A stretch of DNA of 64,000 nt from the human T2T-CHM13v2.0 reference genome, Homo sapiens: NCBI RefSeq assembly GCF_009914755.1, contig NC_060928.1, one strand, 5' to 3'. The notes under the pieces were generated by a model. The model was not told the origin of the DNA. It saw nothing but the letters and a program-made list of their open reading frames with translations, and did no database searches. The first letter of the stretch is position 1. Each line of letters opens with the position of its first letter. Made by a program: the position numbers and the translations under genes. Shown here in pieces: positions 16,934 to 32,679 of the stretch.

Positions 16934-17965
16934 ATTTGTTCTGGGTTTTACAGAGAGGCTCCCCGGGCCCCGCCGACCACCCCACCCAGGAAAGAACCTG
17001 CCGTCTGCAGGAACAGCCATTATTTAACACCCCGTCCCGGCCACCTGCTCTGGTCTGCCCCTTCACCCTATGGAGCTGTAGGACACCCAGGGAGGGACCG
17101 GGGGCAGGGTCTCACTTTGCTTCTACGAAGTAGTAGCATTTGAGAGAATGAGTCAGGAAAGACCGAATTGGGTGGTGCCATCTCAAGTGCCAAGAGAGGG
17201 TTTGGCGCCAGAGTTTCCAAGCCCTCTGGAAGCCCAGCTCCCTAGGGGCATTCTTTCAGGGGGCCTTCACTGTCCATTCTTGGGTAGCGAAGCCATCAGA
17301 AAGACCTCTCTGCCTCCTTTGGACATGCTGTTAAAGACCAGTCATTCAAAGCTCAATCATTCAAGTGCTCTCTTCCTTTTTTTTGATCCTACATCATGCA
17401 AGTACACTCCCAAGTGAGGTGACAAAAACGCACATTTCTGCAGATGCCCATGAACCAGGACCTGTCTCTCAAGTCTGCCACCTGAGGACAGAATCCTGTA
17501 ACCACCCCAGCTCCCAATCAGCAGGATGGGGTGTCAGGGCTATTAAACAAACAGCCACGTGGCCCAACACGTCTCATCCGGCAGCTCGGGGAAAGCACAC
17601 TTTGACAGCCAGGACCCTATCCGATAAATGGTGCTTCCTCTTCATGACAAAGAAAATGAACACTCATTCACTCAAAATATTCAGCACCTGCTGTGTGCTT
17701 CACTCTTCCTGGCACAGGGGATGCAGAATGAACAGAGAGCCCCTGCCCCACTGGGAGGGGTGTTTGTGGGGAGATGGACCAGGTACCAGTCAGTGAATAT
17801 AGCACAATGGCAGGTAGAGAAAAGTGCTACAGTCATCTACCGTGAGCGCTGTGATGCTCTGCCCAGTTTCACCACATTAATGGAGCACCCACTATATGCT
17901 GGACACATACCATGCATTTTCTCATCCTAGCGGCTGTTGCAAAATAGACACGTCCATTGTGAAGA

Positions 17966-18310
17966 CTGCGGGCGGTAGAATCGCAGCCCCCAAAGGTGTC
18001 CAGGTCCTAATCCCCAAATCCTGTTTGTGTGTTCCCTTGCATGGCAGGAGGGATGTTGCAGATGGGATTCAGTTAAAGATCTTGATACCGGGGAGATGAT
18101 TCTGGACTTTCCTATCCAGAAGGGCCCAAAGTAATTTCAAGTGTCCTTGTAAGAGGGAGGCTGGAGGGTCAGGGTGTGAGATTGGAAGATGCCACCCTGC
18201 AAGCTTCAAGATGGGGGAAGGGGCCATGAGCCAAGGAATGTGGGTGTCTCTCACGCTGGAAAAGGTGAGGAGATGGTTCTCGCCTGCAGCCTCCAGAGAG
18301 ACACAGCTGA
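17966..18310 (+). mobile_element. MLT1 (MaLR) LTR fragment
   Basis: cccccaaaggtgtccaggtcctaatcccc...tgcagatgggatt...gggcccaaagtaat...gcagcctccaga. Confidence 0.75.
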
Positions 18311-19308
18311 CAGAGTCAGACTGGGCCACTGACAGGGCTCTAGCGTCCCAGATTCCCATGCCCCCACCCCTCTGCATGGCTCCTGAGCCCCTCTCTGAGG
18401 TGTCTCCTGGAAAACCTTTGGGCTCCTGCTCCCTGCCTGTTATCCCTGAATGTTGCTGCCTTTTGCAGCTTGTCTGTCCCTCTCTGAGGCTCATGATGTC
18501 ATCTGCGTGGGCCCCCCGCGTAATTCTAACAGCACCCAGGTAAAGATAAAGGTGCTTTGTTGTTTTTCTAAAAAGGACTTCGCTGTTGCTTGAGTCACTC
18601 ATAACTTGATCAATTATTTGGAGCTCTAAAAGCTTCCCAGTTGCTAGGAAACCACACCTTGGAGGCTGGCAAACCATTGTTAAAGTTGTTCCTAAAGTGC
18701 TGAACTTCTACAGTGACTTTGGAAAGTAGCTTGGGGAACAAAACAAAGCAAACAAAACAGAAAAGACTCGGGTTCCCTTTTCTTTCCGTCCAGAAGTGAT
18801 CAAATCAGCTAAACTCACTGTTTCAAGCTTTCCTCTAACTAGATGTGTTTTTTTCTGCCGTTAGCCAGAAAGGCCCTTTCCTTCCTATTTTAGTCACAGA
18901 ATAACCTGTCTCTTTAGGACAGTGGGGTCCTGTGCTGAATCCCACCCCCAAAGATGGGAAGAACTCGGGTGCTGCGTTTTGGGAAGCCCCGGCTGAGATG
19001 AGTGTATAACTGGGGCTGAGAGCCGAGAGCCTGGCCCAGCAAGCCAGGCAGTGAGGTGACCCGGTATCCCGCTCCCCATTTCTGCTGGAGCTGGAAGAGC
19101 CCCAAGGACACCAGCCCCATCAGAGGGAGCTGGGCCCAGAGCTGGGTGGGGCAGCCGACTACTCCCTGCAGAACACCTACCGCCTGCCTGACACTGGTGG
19201 CTGCTTTGTGGACATGCTTTTGAAAACCTCGTGAGGGTGATGTTATTGTCCCCACTTTATCCAGGGGTACCTGGGCACGGAGCAGGGCGGTAACTCACCT
19301 TGGATGTC

Positions 19309-19740
19309 TGTGGCAGCCTCCAAGATGGTCCCAGCAATCCCCACCACCTTCCTGCTGCTCCTTCCATGTAGCAGGATAGGTCTGTGCGACCAGTAGAATA
19401 TGGCAGATGTGACGAGATGTCACTTCTGAGGTTTGCTTACAAAAGGCTGTGGCTTTCAGTTTGGCTGCTCTCTCTCGGATCCATCACTCTGGGTGAGGAA
19501 GCCATGCCGCGAGCAGCCCCGTGGGGAAGCCTGCACCTCAAGGACCTGGAGCCTCAAGCCAACTGCCACATGGTGCACTTGGAAACAGGGATGGCTGCCA
19601 CGGCCCACACTCGCCTGCGGCTCCGGGGAGACACCCAGCCAGAACCTCCTGGTGAATCCACTCCTGGATTCCCTACCCCCACAGAGTATAAGATGACGAA
19701 TGTGGCTTTAGGCTGTTAAATTCGGGATAACCGATACAGT
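19309..19740 (+). mobile_element. MLT1 (MaLR, E/F-like) LTR
   Basis: tgtggcagcctccaagatggtccc...ccagtagaatatggcagatgtgacgagatgtcacttctgagg. Confidence 0.65.
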
Positions 19741-20695
19741 GCCAACACTGGTAAGTGACGAGGCTGCAATGAATCCCAGGTATCCTGTGGCTGCATCTCC
19801 ACCTGCATGGGCCATCCTGTACCTGGCAGGCCCCATCCTTAGCCTCTTTAAAAGTCCAGGAACCTTGGAATGTTTTTCTGACATCTCCTAGGCTGCTGGA
19901 TTTACCAGGAAAAGGGACGGACCCACACCTTTTCCCTGTTTGAATCCATTGCATTTCTTCCAGGTGTTTCAATCCCTTCTGACTCGATTTGCTTTAATGA
20001 AGCTTGAGGCAAGTGCAATTTTCTGCCCATGGGGCTGTAACACTGTTCAAAGTCATCCTGGAGCTAAGCTAAGTGGAAAAAACCATATGGCATTGTCGCC
20101 TTCTCAGCCTGACCTGGCATGCACTCTCACCCTCATCTGTCATGCCTCCTGCTTTTCCACCTGGGGGGCTGAGAAGTCCGGCCATCGAAACCTTGGTTCC
20201 TGCCAGCCACGGGAGTTTGGAAGCTTTATCAGATTCCTGAAGCCTCGTTTCCTCATGGGAACAGTGCAGGTGAAAGCACCTTCCTCTCGGAACCGGGGGG
20301 AAGATGAGAGGAAATTAAATAGATGTATGGCCCCGCAGCAGGACTGGCGCTCTCCATTGTGTCTGAAATTGGCAGGTTCTTGGTCTCACTTACTTCAAGA
20401 ATGAAACCACGGACCCTCGCGGTGACTGTTACAGTTCTTAAAGGCGGCGTGTCTGGAGTTTGTTCCTTCTGATATTCAGATGTGTTCCGCGTTTTCCTCC
20501 TTCTGGTGGGTTCCTCCTCTCGCTGGTTCAGGAGTGAAGCTGCAGACCTTCACGGCGAGTGTCACAGCTCATAAACGCAGTACAGACCCAAAGAGTGAGC
20601 AGCAATTAGATCTATCACAAAGAACAAAAGAACAAAGCCTCCACACCACAGAAGACAACCCGAGGGTGTCAACATTACTGGCTCCAGCAGCCTGC

Positions 20696-20930
20696 TTTTA
20701 TTCCCTTATCTGGCCCCACCCACATCTTGCTGATTGGTCCATTTTGCAGAGAGCTGATTGGTCTGTTTTACAGAGAGCTGATTGGTCCGTTTTGCAGGGT
20801 GCTGATTGGTGCGTTTACAATCCCTGAGCTAGACACAAAAGTTCTCCAAGTCCCCACTAGATTAGCTAGACACAGAGCACTGATTGGTGCCTTTACAAAC
20901 CTTGAGCCAGACACAGAGTGCTGATTGGTG
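20696..20930 (-). promoter_or_regulatory. LTR12 promoter module: six NF-Y CCAAT boxes, a GATA site and an AATAAAA TATA-like element
   Basis: ctgattgg at about 20730, 20754, 20778, 20802, 20880 and 20921; cttatct at 20705; ttttatt at 20696-20702. Confidence 0.7.
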
Positions 20931-21459
20931 TATTTACAGTCCCTTAGCTAGACACAAAGGTTCTCCAAATCCCCACTAGACTCAGGAGCCCAGCTGGCTT
21001 CACCTAGTGGATCCCCCAACCGGGCTGCAGGTGGAGCTGCCCGCCAGTCCCGCGCCCTGCGCCCTCACTCCTCAGCCCTTGGGCGGTCGATGGGACCCGG
21101 CGTGCCGCGGAGCAGGGGGCGGCGCTTGTCGGGGAGGCTGGGCCGCGCAGGAGCCCACGGCCAGGGGGAGGCTCGGGCATGGTGGGCTGCAGGTCCCCAG
21201 CCCTGCCCTACGGGGAGGCAGCTGACGCCCGGCGAGAATTCGAGCGCAGTGCTGGCACTGCTGGGGGACCCGGCGAACCCTCCACAGCTGCTGGCCCGGG
21301 TGCTAAGCCCCTCACCGCCCGTGGCGGGCGGCGCCGACCGGCTTTTCCGAGAGCGAGGCCAGCTGAGCCCCCGCCCACCCGGAACTCTCGCTGGCCCGCA
21401 AGCGCAGCGCGCAGCCCCGTTCCCGCCCGCGCCTCTCCCTGCACACCTCCCCACAAGCC

Positions 21460-21583
21460 GAGGGATCCGGCTCCGGCCTCGGCCAGCCCAGAGGGATCCG
21501 GCTCCGGCCTCGGCCAGCCCAGAGGGATCCGGCTCCGGCCTCGGCCAGCCCAGAGGGATCCGGCTCCGGCCTCGGCCAGCCCA
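21460..21583. repeat. 4 perfect copies of a 31-bp unit GAGGGATCCGGCTCCGGCCTCGGCCAGCCCA
   Basis: Units start at 21460, 21491, 21522 and 21553. Confidence 0.97.
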
Positions 21584-21897
21584 GAGAGGGGGCTCCCACG
21601 GTGCAGCGGCGGGCTGAAGGGCCCCTGAAGCGCGGCCAGAGGGGGCGCCGAGAGCGAGCGGGGCTGCCAGTACGCTGTCACCTCTCACCATCACTGCCCT
21701 TGCTTGCTCTACGGCTGCTCAGACCCAAGGGGCAAGTTTCTCCAGGTATTTCCAAACCAGGGAGGGCTTTGTGTTTAGTTTAAGTCAAGGAGGCTGTCCC
21801 CTTTTCGAGGCTGTTTGGATTTCTTTCAGCAAAAACTAGCAGAAGTTATTACGCAGGAACTTTTTGTAGCATATAAAGAATGAATCCCGATAGGTAC

Positions 21898-22473
21898 TGT
21901 GATGGTTACCGTTAGGTGTCAACTTGATTGGATTGAGAGATGCCTAGAAAGCTAGTGAAGCATTGTTTCTGGGTGTGTCTGTGGGGGTGTTGCCAGAGGA
22001 GACTGAAATTTGAGTCAGTGGACTGGGAGAGGAAGACCTCTCCTCCATGTGGGTGGGCACCATCCAATCCGCTGCCAGCGCGCCTCCAACTAAGCAGGCA
22101 GAAGAAGGTGGGAGAAGCTGGCTTGCTGAGTCTTCCACCTTCATCTTCCTCACATGCTGGATGCTTCCTTCCACTCCTCCTGCCCTTGGACATCAGACTA
22201 CAGGTTCTTCGGCCTTTGGACTCTGGGACTTACACCAGTGGTTTGCCGAAATCTGTGCTTTCTGCCACAGATTGAAGGCTGCACTCTTGGCTTCCCTACT
22301 TTTGAGGCTTTTGGACTCGGGCTGAGCCACTACTGGCTTCCTTCTTCCCTAGCTTGCAGACAGCCTATCAGGAAACTTTGCTTTGTGATCATGTGAGTCA
22401 ATTCTCCCTGATAAACCCCCTTTCATAGACACATAGATCCTATAACTTCTGTCACTCCGGAGAACCCTAATAT
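21898..22473 (+). mobile_element. MLT2 (ERVL) LTR
   Basis: tgtgatggttaccgttaggtgtcaacttgattggattgag...ggagaaccctaata. Confidence 0.85.
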
Positions 22474-22639
22474 AGTTACCAATAGAAACCTTACAACTTT
22501 CCCTAGATTCTGCAGGCTGGGTGGAGTTCACCACCCTTTGCTTTGAGGTATCAGTGGAGGAAGAACAGAGGCACTGGGGTCAGGACAGAATGGGGCCAGA
22601 CCCCAGCTCCAGAACCTATGACCGCATAGGTTTGAGAGA

Positions 22640-22830
22640 CCTGCGTTCCAGCCTGGCCTCTGCCTTTACTGTGTGGCCCTGGGCAGGTTCCCTAACCTCT
22701 GAAGCTCAAGTTCCTTACCTCTAGAACAGGAGCAATAATAGGACCTGCCTCATGGGTTTATGTAGAATACGATAGAGTGCAAAGTGTGCGACACAAGGCC
22801 CAGCACACAGTAGGTGTCAATCAGTGGTCA
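22640..22830 (+). mobile_element. MIR fragment
   Basis: tgtgtggccctgggcaggttccctaacctctgaagctcaagttcctt...aataataggacctgcctcatggg. Confidence 0.6.
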
Positions 22831-23338
22831 CACTTGTCACTATCCTATAGGATGGGCCTTGGGCACACCTCCTAACTTTTCCAGCCTCAGTTGGCTCCTC
22901 TGTGAGATCAGGATTATAAAGATCTGCTTTTCAGGGTGGCTATGATTTGTTGAGAAATGAAGTATCTATCACACCATCATTTACACAATCATTCATTCAT
23001 GGAGCCATTCATTCCTTCAATCATTTATTCAATCATTCATGAATTTATGGATTTAGTCCATCATCCATTCATTCTCCAGTTCTCAAGGCTCCTGTGCTGG
23101 GCATGGTCAAGACACGCTCCCTTCCAATGGGCAGATAGGTAAGCGGGGGCCTGAGGAAGTGCAGGGACTGTCATCAGCAAACCCTGCTCCAGAGTGGAGA
23201 CAGAGCAGAGCATGTTCCACCCAGGAACCCCTTGGTTTGGAGGCATCTCCATCTCCTGCCAGCCCAGCTCAGGTTCTGCCAGTCCCTGAACCCTTCTCAC
23301 ACTCTCCACCCCACCCATCAGGAGTCATATGGCAGGGC

Positions 23339-23888
23339 TGTCAAGGCGTGTGAACCAGAGCAACTCCATCTTGAATAGGAGATGGGTAAAATGAGGCTGA
23401 AACCTACTGGGCTGCATTCCCAGACAGTTAAGGCATCTAAGTTACAGGGTGAGATAGGAGGTTGACACAAAATACAAGCCATACAGACCTTGCTGATAAA
23501 ACAGTTTGCAGTAAAGAAGCCGGCCAAAATCCACCAAAACCAAGATGGCCATGAGAGTGACCTCTGGTCGTCTTTGCTGCCACACTCCCACCACCGCCAT
23601 GACAGTTTACAAATGCCATGGCAATGTCAGGAAGTTACCCTATATGGTCTAGAAAGGGGAGGCATGAATAATCCGCCCCTTGTTTAGCATATCATCAGAA
23701 ATAACCATAAAAATGGGCAACCAGCAGCCCTCGGGCTGCTCTGTCCATGGAGTAGCCATTCTTGTATTCCTTTACTTTCCTAATAAACTTGCTTTCACTT
23801 TTCTCCATGGACTTGCCCTGAATTCTTTCTTCCACGAGATCCAAGAGCCCTCTCTTGGGGTCTGGATTGGGACCCCTTTCCGGCAACA
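23339..23888 (+). mobile_element. MER41 solo LTR (MER41A-like)
   Basis: tgtcaaggcgtgtgaaccagagcaactccatcttgaatagg...aataaacttgctttcac...gacccctttccggcaaca. Confidence 0.88.
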
Positions 23889-24266
23889 TCTTTGCTTCCT
23901 TTCTCTTTAAATTAAATTAAATGCTCATGGTTTTTAAAGCCCCTATCCCTTTGCTCTCACCCCCAGTTGCCATGCCTCAGAGGAACGGCCTCCACCCCTT
24001 TCAGCTGTTTCTTCTGCTAATTACCTTCATGTTTTGGAATAACATGTTCAAATGCTATTTCTGATTTTCCAGTTTGAGATAATATGTGTAGACACCATGA
24101 AAGAAAAATCGTCTCTCATATGGCCCCTCTGGCCTCCTTCAACGAGACTTTAATGGACAAGCCACCTTCCCAGTATCACCATCTCACTGGGTCCTGTTAA
24201 ATCAGTGTCCATCATTTCTGTGCTGTGTAAATAGGATTCACTGCTGGGCCACGGAAGGCACTATGA

Positions 24267-24551
<285 letters not shown>

Positions 24552-25087
24552 TATGATTACTTTTTGTTTATGCTGTGCCTAATAATTATCTAGTTTTTTG
24601 TTTGTCTAGTTTTCTCCACATTGACCACTAATTCATTTGTGAAAAATAGAAAATTTTTCTCAATGTGTTAAAACTATCAGATAAGCTCTCAATTTCTGCT
24701 TCCCCAGCCCCGTAGATTTGTTGTTTGGAACTTCCCATCTTCCTGTGTCAATCTGGACTGTTCACTCTCTAGGCCCACCACCCAGCTGTCACCCTGGGGA
24801 CTCCCTCACTGTCACCCGGGTGTTCCTTTTGTGTCTCTCCTCCGTGGTATCCCTGTTTCTGGGATCCCAGATGGATTAACTGGGAAACAGGCTAGGCTGC
24901 TATAACAAAGAGACCCCCCAATACAGAAGTTTATGCAAACCAGAATTGTATTTCTCTCTCAGGTCACCATCTGAGTAGGTGGCCTAGGCTAGTGTGCTGG
25001 CTCCAGGCAGGTTTCTTCTCTCTTGTCGCTCTCTCTCTTTTGACCCACATTTTCTATCTTGAGATCTAAACTAGTTGCTCCAGGTCC

Positions 25088-26146
<1,059 letters not shown>

Positions 26147-26630
26147 CTTTCAGCACTGTGTCTACAGTCTGGCCAGCCTTTAGGATGGGAGGGCAGGTGA
26201 AAGACAGGCTTCTCCCCTCTTACAGTAGTGCCTGGAGCAGATCACTTCCATTGTCCTCGCTGTTGGCCCCACCTGGCTCTGGGGGACAATCCTGTGTCCA
26301 GATAACAACTCCAATGCGACTTACGAAGGGAAGGTCAGATGTCAGGGACAACCAGGAGTCCCTGCCTCATGTGTTTCCTTCTTTCCTGGTTTCGTGTTAG
26401 TGGCGCACACCCTCCAGCAACTTCCTGAGAAATTGCCTTTATGTGAACGGGAGCCAGTCTGAAAACTTCCCAACATAGGTCCATACCTTTGGGTCATCTC
26501 CCCTCACGGTGACCTGGGCTTGCTCCTGTGACTTGTTTTGGCCCATGAGACGACAGGAAATATGACACAAGCAGAGACTTGAGAGGCAGGTGTGCCTTGG
26601 GGCTTATCTTACTGACACTGGGGGCTCCAG

Positions 26631-27504
<874 letters not shown>

Positions 27505-27950
27505 ACTGGGGCGATCACAGGGCTGGCCTGGGAGAGCCCGCTGGGTGAGAGAGATGCCTGCTGATGGCATCTGTGTTGTCCTGAGCCAACCAGCAAACCT
27601 GTGAGTGAGGCCGTTCTAAAACATTCATCCTCAGCTCTGCCTCCCAGCCCACACACGGAATTGTAAGAAATAGTCAATGTTTTTACTCTTTTTTTTTTAA
27701 GACACTAAATTCTGGGGTGTTTCATTACACACCAAAAGCTAATTGGTACAAAACCTTGCATGGGTAAAAAGCCTTCATTTCCCTCTCACGTGTAATCAAT
27801 AGTTTGAAGGGGCATAGCCAGCATTCGAGGTCCAAGAATTTCTTCTTAGAGTTTGAAAGCAGCGCTCCCTTCCCTTATTGCTGCTGGGAAGCCTGAAGAC
27901 ATATTCTGATTCTCCTAAGCTATCGTTTACAGTGTTCTCAGTCTCCCTGA

Positions 27951-29267
<1,317 letters not shown>

Positions 29268-30342
29268 TAGGTCTTTTCTCTCCAGCTGGCCAGTTTCCCA
29301 GTGAGGGGGCCTTTAACCTTCCCCGGGGTGTGGGTGGGTTGGGTGTGACCTGTTCTCAGTTGGCTGCCTGCCGCCAGGTCTTCCTGGGGTCCCGGTCCCC
29401 GCAGCCTCTCGCACAATCCCTGGGGAATGAACCTCCCGCCTTCTGCAGGGGTGGGAGAGGGATGCTTGCTGAGGAAGACATTCAGAAAACCTCAATTTTC
29501 TCCCCACCCTCAGAGGTCCCTGGTGCCTCCAGGCCCAGAGCCTTTCTGGGGTTCTATGATGCAAACCAGTTGCCTTGTGGTTGCCCCCACCGCGGGCTTG
29601 GGCTCTGCTCTCTCAGTCTCTAAGCTGTTTCCACTCCCCCATGTGCCTTCTTGCTTCCCATCTTCAAGGCCACGGTCCAGCTCCCGTTCTCTTTGTTTTG
29701 ATCCCTTCTTTGACTCTCGAGCCTGTGGGAGCGAGGGTGTTTGATCTGCAGTGTTGAGCAGGGTTCTCTGGGCTCCTGCAGGGGACCCAGTGTTGAGCCC
29801 ACATACACCTCGCTCAGTAAGTAGTCCCTAAGGACTGTGCAGGGCACCAGGGACACGGTGGTGAGTGAATGATGGTCCCTGGTCTCACATCTGTGTCCGT
29901 GCCAGTGCCAGGGGGCCTGGGCTGTGGGGAAAGGAGGAATCGAGGCGCTCAGCTCAGGAGGCTTTTCAGGAGCAAAGGGTGCACAGTTGGTTTCAGGCAG
30001 GGAAAGGTGTGAGCAGCGGCTGGGAAAACACACACCAGAATGTCACCTTCCGAGGCCTGAGGCCCCACCAGGTAGCCAGAAGGTCCAGGATACAGTTTAG
30101 TAATTAAGACCTTGGGGCTCTGCGGACACGCTGCCTGGGGTCAGACCCTGGCCCCAACACTCACAGTTTGTGGCCATGAGGGACTCACCCACCTCTTCAC
30201 GCTTCAGTTTCCTTATTTATAAAATGCGCGGAAAAATCACAGAATCCTCTTGATCAGGTGGCTGTGTGGATGGATGAGATGATGTGTACACAGCCCTCCG
30301 TATAGAGCCTGGTGTGTCCTCTGTGAATACTAGGAATGACAT

Positions 30343-30504
30343 GGAGGGCAGGTCAGGGAGGAAGCCAGGTCACCCAGGCTTCCCCCACCCCCCGCCAAGC
30401 CAATCCCTGGACCTAGCCCAGTGGGTGGAGGGCAGGTCGGGCAGGAGGGTAGGTCACCCAGGGGCGCCCCCGCCAAGCCAAGCCCCGGACCTAGCCCAGT
30501 GGGT
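30343..30504. repeat. ~80-bp tandem duplication
   Basis: ggagggcaggtc...aggtcacccagg...cccgccaagccaa...ggacctagcccagtgggt occurs twice. Confidence 0.85.
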
Positions 30505-31029
30505 GTCAGGAACGTCAGGACCCGCAGGGCTGGGGAGAGATGAGCTCCGGAGAGATCCAGGGAGGGAAAGCATTGAGCATCATTTCTCCCAGCCCTCTCA
30601 AGGCCATCTCTGCCTGCCACAGCTCTGAGCGCAGGGCCTGGTGTGGAGTGGGGGCCCATCCATGTGTGCAGACCCCGCTGGAGCAGGCCAAGCTGTCCCT
30701 GGCCAGGGGCCAGCTCCCCACCACTCCACAGGCTCCAGCCCTCACACGCCTGGCCCTCTAGAAGCCCTGCTCACTACCTCTGCCACCATCTGGCTGCCCC
30801 TCTGTCCTCTGCAGCCCCATAAACCACCACCAGAAACTCCCCAGGAAAGAGCCCTACCCTTGCCCTGCTCAAGAAAGGCAATGAGGTGCCACCAGGGCTA
30901 CAGGCCCCGCTTTGCTGCTTCCCTGCGTGCTGTGGACCTCCCAAGGGCCCTTGCCTGTGAGCAGGGAAAATCCCTACCTAAAGGGGTGGCTTTGTCACCA
31001 GGACGAAGTGCCCAGGGATATGGGGTCCC

Positions 31030-31450
31030 TGGCGCTGCCATGACAAATGACTGCAAACTGAGAGGCTTAAAAGAGCATATTTATTATCTTCCAGTCTGGA
31101 GGTCAGAGGTCTGACACAGGCCTCACTGGGCTGAAACCAAGGTGTGGGCAGGGCTGGTTCCTTCCGGAAGGTCCCAGGAGGATCTGTTTCCTTGCCTTTT
31201 CCAGCTTCTAGAAGCTGCCTGTGTTCCTAGGCTGGTGGCCCCCTCCTCCATCTTCACATCCAGCACCGCTGGTCGAGTCTTCATGTCATGCCTTGCTGAG
31301 CCTTTTTCTGTTGCTACAGCTGTCTCCAATACAACCAGGAACGGTCCTACACTTTCACGGACTTGGGTGATTAGATGGGTCCCACATGGATAATCCAGGC
31401 TAAATTCCATCTTCAGGTCCATGACCTTAATCACATCTGCAAGATCCCAG
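31030..31450 (-). mobile_element. MLT1 (MaLR) LTR
   Basis: gctgccatgacaaatgactgcaaactgagaggcttaaa...ccagcttctagaagctgcc...ccttaatcacatctgcaa. Confidence 0.8.
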
Positions 31451-32679
31451 AGCTGGCAATTGGTCAATGTTGGCTGAAGTTGGGTTTGGGGAGGCTGAGG
31501 CTGCAGGATCCATCACCACCCTGGGCCTCCGCACATGCCTGCCACTTCCACCCCTGGGGTTTGAATCCTGACCCCTCCACTTATTAATTCTACTAACTTG
31601 GGTATCAGTTAAATTACCTCATCTCTCTAGGCCTCCTGTTCTCCATGTGTACAATGGGTATAACAATAGCAACCCCCATGCTCTGCAGAAAGGATAGCAT
31701 GCAGCCACAATGAGACATCCCTTCCCTGTAGGGGCCGGGTGACCTCCAGCACAGCAGGACTGTGGGGTTCAGTCGAGTCACCCCACAGTACTGAGGAGGA
31801 GCGGCATGCCCTCCCACTATGTACACACACAGTCAGAGAGGTTAGTGAGTGGCCAGTGACGCACATCCAGGAAGTGGCCACCTCCTCCCTGTGCTCTGTC
31901 CTGGAGCTGTGGAACTGAGCGCCAATGAAGCCCCTGCCAGCAGACCCGCAGAATAGCACCTGCCTTCCTCCTGCTGAACCTGAAGCCCAGAATTCCCTCC
32001 TGAAAGCCAGAGGCAGGGCCTGGCTCCAGGCAGGGTGCAGGGAAACCCAGGCGTGCGTGGGACACTTACCCACACACTCTCCTGTTTAGCTCAGCCATTG
32101 TGGCAGGTGGGGCGGGGCCTCTCTGGCTTCCTGAAGAATCCAGGTACCCTGTGGTTTCTCTCCCCCGCAGGCTTCCATTCTCTGGGACCCTCAGGCACGT
32201 CTGTGGGGGAGCACTGGATGAGGAGTTATGTGCTACCTGTGTGATTGCGAGCTAATTCTTTAACCTCTCTGAATCAGTTTCCTCATCTGTATCATATTCT
32301 CATGGAGAGTGTGAGTGTGTGTGGAGATCATGATGGGCTATGCACACCTGCTGCCAGACAAAACAAGACAACTATCATTACGGAGTGTCATGTGCCAAGC
32401 ACTGTGTTTTGCACTATCCAAGTTAATCTTGTCCTTCCTCTCCCACCACAAACCTACAAGATAGGTCGTCTTATTAGCTCCATTTCCTCAGTGATGAATT
32501 CAGAGCTAGGGAAAGTTAAGAGCTGCATTAGGAGCTAGAGGGAGCAAACCCTTGACGTGAACCCAGCTTCCCAGTGCAAAGCCCATGGGCATCCCCACCC
32601 ACTGTATTGCCTCCTGATGGGCTCCACCTCCATGAGGTTGGACTCACTAAAAACAAACAGCATTCTGGACCTCGTTTTT

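Larger units (their letters stand above)
20358..21687 (-). mobile_element. solo LTR12C-type (ERV9) LTR, 1330 bp, with 4-bp TSD CCAT
   Basis: Minus strand starts TGAGAGGTGACAGCG and ends ...gaagtaagtgagaccaagaacc...gacaCA. CCAT at 20354-20357 and 21688-21691. Six CCAAT boxes and a CpG-rich U3. Confidence 0.93.

Noticed and set aside
21065-21694. Several 150-209 aa ORFs on both strands
   Set aside because: GC-rich LTR12C U3 and 31-bp repeat; no gag, pol or env content.
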